Below are positions 61,301 to 64,000 of a stretch of DNA of 64,000 nt, in pieces. Origin of the DNA: Muribaculaceae bacterium (GTDB lineage Bacteria > Bacteroidota > Bacteroidia > Bacteroidales > Muribaculaceae). Position numbers and translations under genes: made by a program. The notes below the pieces were generated by a model. The model was not told the origin of the DNA, made no database searches, and worked only from the letters and a program-made list of their open reading frames with translations. The number at the start of each line of letters is the position of its first letter. Position 1 is the stretch's first letter. The stretch spans positions 2,017 through 66,016 of the forward strand of contig JAFLTZ010000002.1 of the NCBI GenBank assembly GCA_022509045.1, read 5' to 3'.

Positions 61301-63073
61301 TTACTTAAATTGTAAAGCAATTCCGCCCATTATGGCAATGCCCTGATTACTATATATATCCATTACATGCCATCCTTTATTCAGTAGATTGGTGGCTTGC
61401 AAGTTCACCTCAAGCAAGTAGTTGATTCTGTATGAAGTTCGCACCCATACATTGGAAACATCCAACAAGTCGATGCATGTGAAGTGCCGGGACTTACTTT
61501 GAAATGTGGAGATTGAAGAAACGGGTTGCGGATTATAATAATACGCCCCGATTCGTCGATTTCCGCGCCACTCATATCCCAAATCTATATGAAGTTTTGG
61601 AATGGGGTTTATTCCTATTCGGGTATCTAATACCCATTCAGGGCGGTCGTAACCGAAACTGTAATTTGAGCCTTCCGAGTTTTGGTGTGTGTTCTTTATA
61701 CCAAAATAGAAATCAACAAGGTTGAAGTAGTTATAACTTATGTCTGCGCCCCACATAAAACCGGATAGATCAAGCGTGCCATAGTCGCCATATTCTGATA
61801 GTGTCATTACGAGGTCTGTCCGGCTAATATTGTTATATTTGAATTGTATATTTGTGGGGATGTTTGAGTTTTTAACACTTTCATATCCGCCATATATCTT
61901 CATTTTAAATCCGTTAAATGGTCCGACCAAAAAACCAACTTGTGCATTGACCTGTGTCATGGAAGTGTTGCCAAGACCGTACACCAGTGTATAGCGGTTT
62001 TGTGAGGCTGTGTCAAACATGCGATTAAAATGTTTGCCCCCTGTTGCAATTCCATAAACAGAGAACCCATTTGTAAATTTATATTTCGCATTCACCGCAG
62101 GTGATACGTTAAAAAATCGGCCGTCATTGAAACTCATATCAAGGTTTAACCCTAATTTATAAGTGAAAGCACCTTTGAGTTTACCGTAATAAGGAGTCAT
62201 TTTAAGGAGTCCTATATTTGTTTTGTTGGGATTATTGTTCGTGGACATGTATTCAAAGCCCAAATCAATGCCTGCCTTATATTTGTCATGTACGCGGCTG
62301 CCTACACCTCCGTCCAATTTTAAATATGTTTGCGCACTTTTCACCGCAGGAGTATAGTTGCTTACGTTGTAGTCAAAATAATTAAATGTGATATTTGCAT
62401 TATAAGATAAAGCGGCACCGGATATATGGTCAATGCCGAGCTTTAGATCCACATCATTACCTTTTATGGTTGAATGGCTACTTTCGGTGTTGCTGAATGC
62501 ACGTGTTCCGGAATAGCTGTAGGTAGCATCGCTGTATAACAACAAGTTCCCTATCTTTTGGCGATAGTTTAAACCGGCATGTTCGTCGTTCCATCGTTGC
62601 TTAATAGTCGGAATTTGTGTATTATCAACAAGATAAGAGGGGAAATACTTGCGAATGTCGCTATTTGCCCCGGCTGTAGATGCGTGTCCAACAAATATGG
62701 CAAGTTTACTTTTTTTAGTATCTATTACATTGAACCCGGCTGCTCCGTTTATGTTAAAATAGCTTCCCATCGAGAAATTTAAATATCCGCGAGGGTCCGT
62801 CTTTACATATTGTGTAAGATATCCGTATGCCGGGAGCGTTGGTATCTGGTTTCCGGTAGCTACCGGTGAGTTTCGCATGCTGAATGTGAGATTGGATGCT
62901 GCCGGCTCAAATTGTACCACAGGTGGTACAAGCGACAATTTTGACGCCTTTTGCTCAATAGGAGTGTAGTCCTTTTCTACTACTATCTCTTTATTCAGGT
63001 TGTCGTCTTGAGCAGTTGCTGTAAGTGAAGTGGCAATGCCGGCAAGACTAAGTATTATTATTAATTTGTTCAT
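61301..63073 (-). CDS. Predicted outer-membrane beta-barrel protein (putative porin family)
   Basis: Signal peptide (ATSLTATAQ), Gly/Tyr/Asn-rich alternating beta-strand pattern over 590 aa, and an aromatic near the C-terminus (ALQFK). Confidence 0.6.
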   Translation of the reverse strand: MNKLIIILSLAGIATSLTATAQDDNLNKEIVVEKDYTPIEQKASKLSLVPPVVQFEPAASNLTFSMRNSPVATGNQIPTLPAYGYLTQYVKTDPRGYLNFSMGSYFNINGAAGFNVIDTKKSKLAIFVGHASTAGANSDIRKYFPSYLVDNTQIPTIKQRWNDEHAGLNYRQKIGNLLLYSDATYSYSGTRAFSNTESSHSTIKGNDVDLKLGIDHISGAALSYNANITFNYFDYNVSNYTPAVKSAQTYLKLDGGVGSRVHDKYKAGIDLGFEYMSTNNNPNKTNIGLLKMTPYYGKLKGAFTYKLGLNLDMSFNDGRFFNVSPAVNAKYKFTNGFSVYGIATGGKHFNRMFDTASQNRYTLVYGLGNTSMTQVNAQVGFLVGPFNGFKMKIYGGYESVKNSNIPTNIQFKYNNISRTDLVMTLSEYGDYGTLDLSGFMWGADISYNYFNLVDFYFGIKNTHQNSEGSNYSFGYDRPEWVLDTRIGINPIPKLHIDLGYEWRGNRRIGAYYYNPQPVSSISTFQSKSRHFTCIDLLDVSNVWVRTSYRINYLLEVNLQATNLLNKGWHVMDIYSNQGIAIMGGIALQFK

Positions 63074-63086
63074 TCTTCGGTTCTCC

Positions 63087-64000
63087 TTATTTTTCTTTAA
63101 GTGATGAAAGGCGTTGATTTATCATATCGAAGATTTCTTGTTCGCTGCCAGGATAGTTGTTTTTAAGGCTTTCGAGATATTCGCGAGCCTCAAAGGTATT
63201 ACCTTGTGCAGAGAGAACATCACTCAGCAGGATAAAGCCTCGTGCAAGCCAGTATGAGTGCGGAGTGCCCGAGTCAATCAATGTATTGAGCACATTCTCG
63301 GCTTTAATAAATTCTTTATTGTCAAAATAGTATTGAGCTAAAGAAACGGATGCTTGTGCTCCAAACAAATTTCGTGGTTCTGTTACCAAATTTTGCCAAT
63401 CGGTTATGGCTGCATCTATGTTGCCGAGTTGAGCATTGGCATTTCCTCTCAATAATCGTGCTTCCGCTTGTTCATCAGCCGATAATGCACTTTCGGCATT
63501 TGTGAGTAGGCTTGTGGCGGCGGTAGCTGTTTCAGCGTTTTTACCTATTTTGTAGCCTGAACGCATTATGCCTAAGCGCGCACGAGTGCGATTGTCGGCA
63601 GTTGACGATTTGGCGAGTAATGTTGTAAATGTTTCAAAGGCTTCGGCATGTCGGCCGCTCATGGCAAGGATACTGCCCTTCATAGCAAGTGCATTTTCGG
63701 CAAAAGAAGCGTCGGCAGCCACTTTCAGTACCTCATTTATATGTCCGAGAGCCGCATCATAGCTTCCGGTGTTATATTCTTCAGTAGCTATGTAATATAG
63801 TGCGTTTATGCGATGCTCTCCGTTCGGATACTTGGCTATATAGTTATTCATGCGAGAAATATCGCCTTTTTCTCCGATATATGCCCGTTCGGCGGCATCA
63901 AATTCCAAACGGTCAAGTTCGTTAGCCTCGATTTTAGGTGCGTTGGGAATCTTGGCAAGATAATTTTCAAGCGATTCCAAGTCACCTCGTCCGGCGTATA
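63087..64000 (-). CDS. Tetratricopeptide-repeat protein. Only the C-terminal part is here; the gene continues past the window edge.
   Basis: The frame is open to nt 64000; the track start at 63980 is an internal TTG. Repeated A/Y/L-rich 34-aa TPR-like units are present (e.g. ALYYIATEEYNTGSYDAALGHINEVL). Confidence 0.7.
   Translation of the reverse strand, partial: YAGRGDLESLENYLAKIPNAPKIEANELDRLEFDAAERAYIGEKGDISRMNNYIAKYPNGEHRINALYYIATEEYNTGSYDAALGHINEVLKVAADASFAENALAMKGSILAMSGRHAEAFETFTTLLAKSSTADNRTRARLGIMRSGYKIGKNAETATAATSLLTNAESALSADEQAEARLLRGNANAQLGNIDAAITDWQNLVTEPRNLFGAQASVSLAQYYFDNKEFIKAENVLNTLIDSGTPHSYWLARGFILLSDVLSAQGNTFEAREYLESLKNNYPGSEQEIFDMINQRLSSLKEK

Noticed and set aside
61291-61303. 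Convergent DUF2851 and barrel-protein genes whose stop codons are only 7 nt apart, with no terminator hairpin
   Set aside because: It is real in the sequence but unremarkable in a compact genome. Termination signals may lie within the opposing coding regions. Nothing further can be inferred.

Overview
This window looks like a compact, AT-rich chromosomal segment from a Bacteroidota (Bacteroidales-like) genome. Three things support that: gene content, T9SS C-terminal sorting domains, and repeated TAnnTTTG '-7' promoter boxes just upstream of genes. I could support 48 protein-coding genes. I saw no rRNA, tRNA, CRISPR array, transposase or integrase, and the intergenic spacers are mostly under 100 bp (largest about 245 bp).

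Layout:
- 1-13.5 kb, plus strand: a dcw division/cell-wall cluster, ftsI(5'-truncated)-murE-mraY-murD-ftsW-murG-murC-ftsQ-ftsA-ftsZ. Two lipoprotein genes follow ftsZ directly.
- 15-46.4 kb, minus strand, about 31 kb: secG; leuS; two tandem paralogous C10 (streptopain-like) cysteine peptidases with T9SS tails; an exported GH2 beta-galactosidase; frr; pyrH; an orphan ORF; pdxB; an orphan polytopic membrane protein; purD; a THUMP RNA methyltransferase with a long basic tail; cysE. These are followed by an operon reading ARH-fold lipoprotein-glpA-glpB-glpC-glpT-HAD-IIA phosphatase, which is preceded by PAP2 phosphatase, an LtaS/sulfatase-like membrane enzyme and DUF3108.
- 46.6-61.3 kb, plus strand: ybeY, mnmG, apt, uvrC, dtd, an HMA-AraC fusion regulator, an HMA-tailed permease, a histidine acid phosphatase (Minpp-like), trmB, mrp/apbC, an M16 peptidase and DUF2851.
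- 61.3-64 kb, minus strand: a predicted outer-membrane beta-barrel and a TPR protein that runs off the window.

Most of the window is ordinary core genome, and I found no clear-cut new defence or mobile system. The candidates most worth follow-up are:
- the exported ADP-ribosylglycohydrolase-fold lipoprotein that leads the anaerobic glycerol-3-phosphate operon;
- the adjacent PAP2/LtaS-like/DUF3108 envelope cluster;
- the HMA-AraC regulator with its HMA-permease and a direct-repeat candidate operator;
- the tandem inhibitor-less T9SS C10 peptidases next to GH2, sitting between housekeeping genes.

Every functional call rests on motif recognition by eye, with no searches run.
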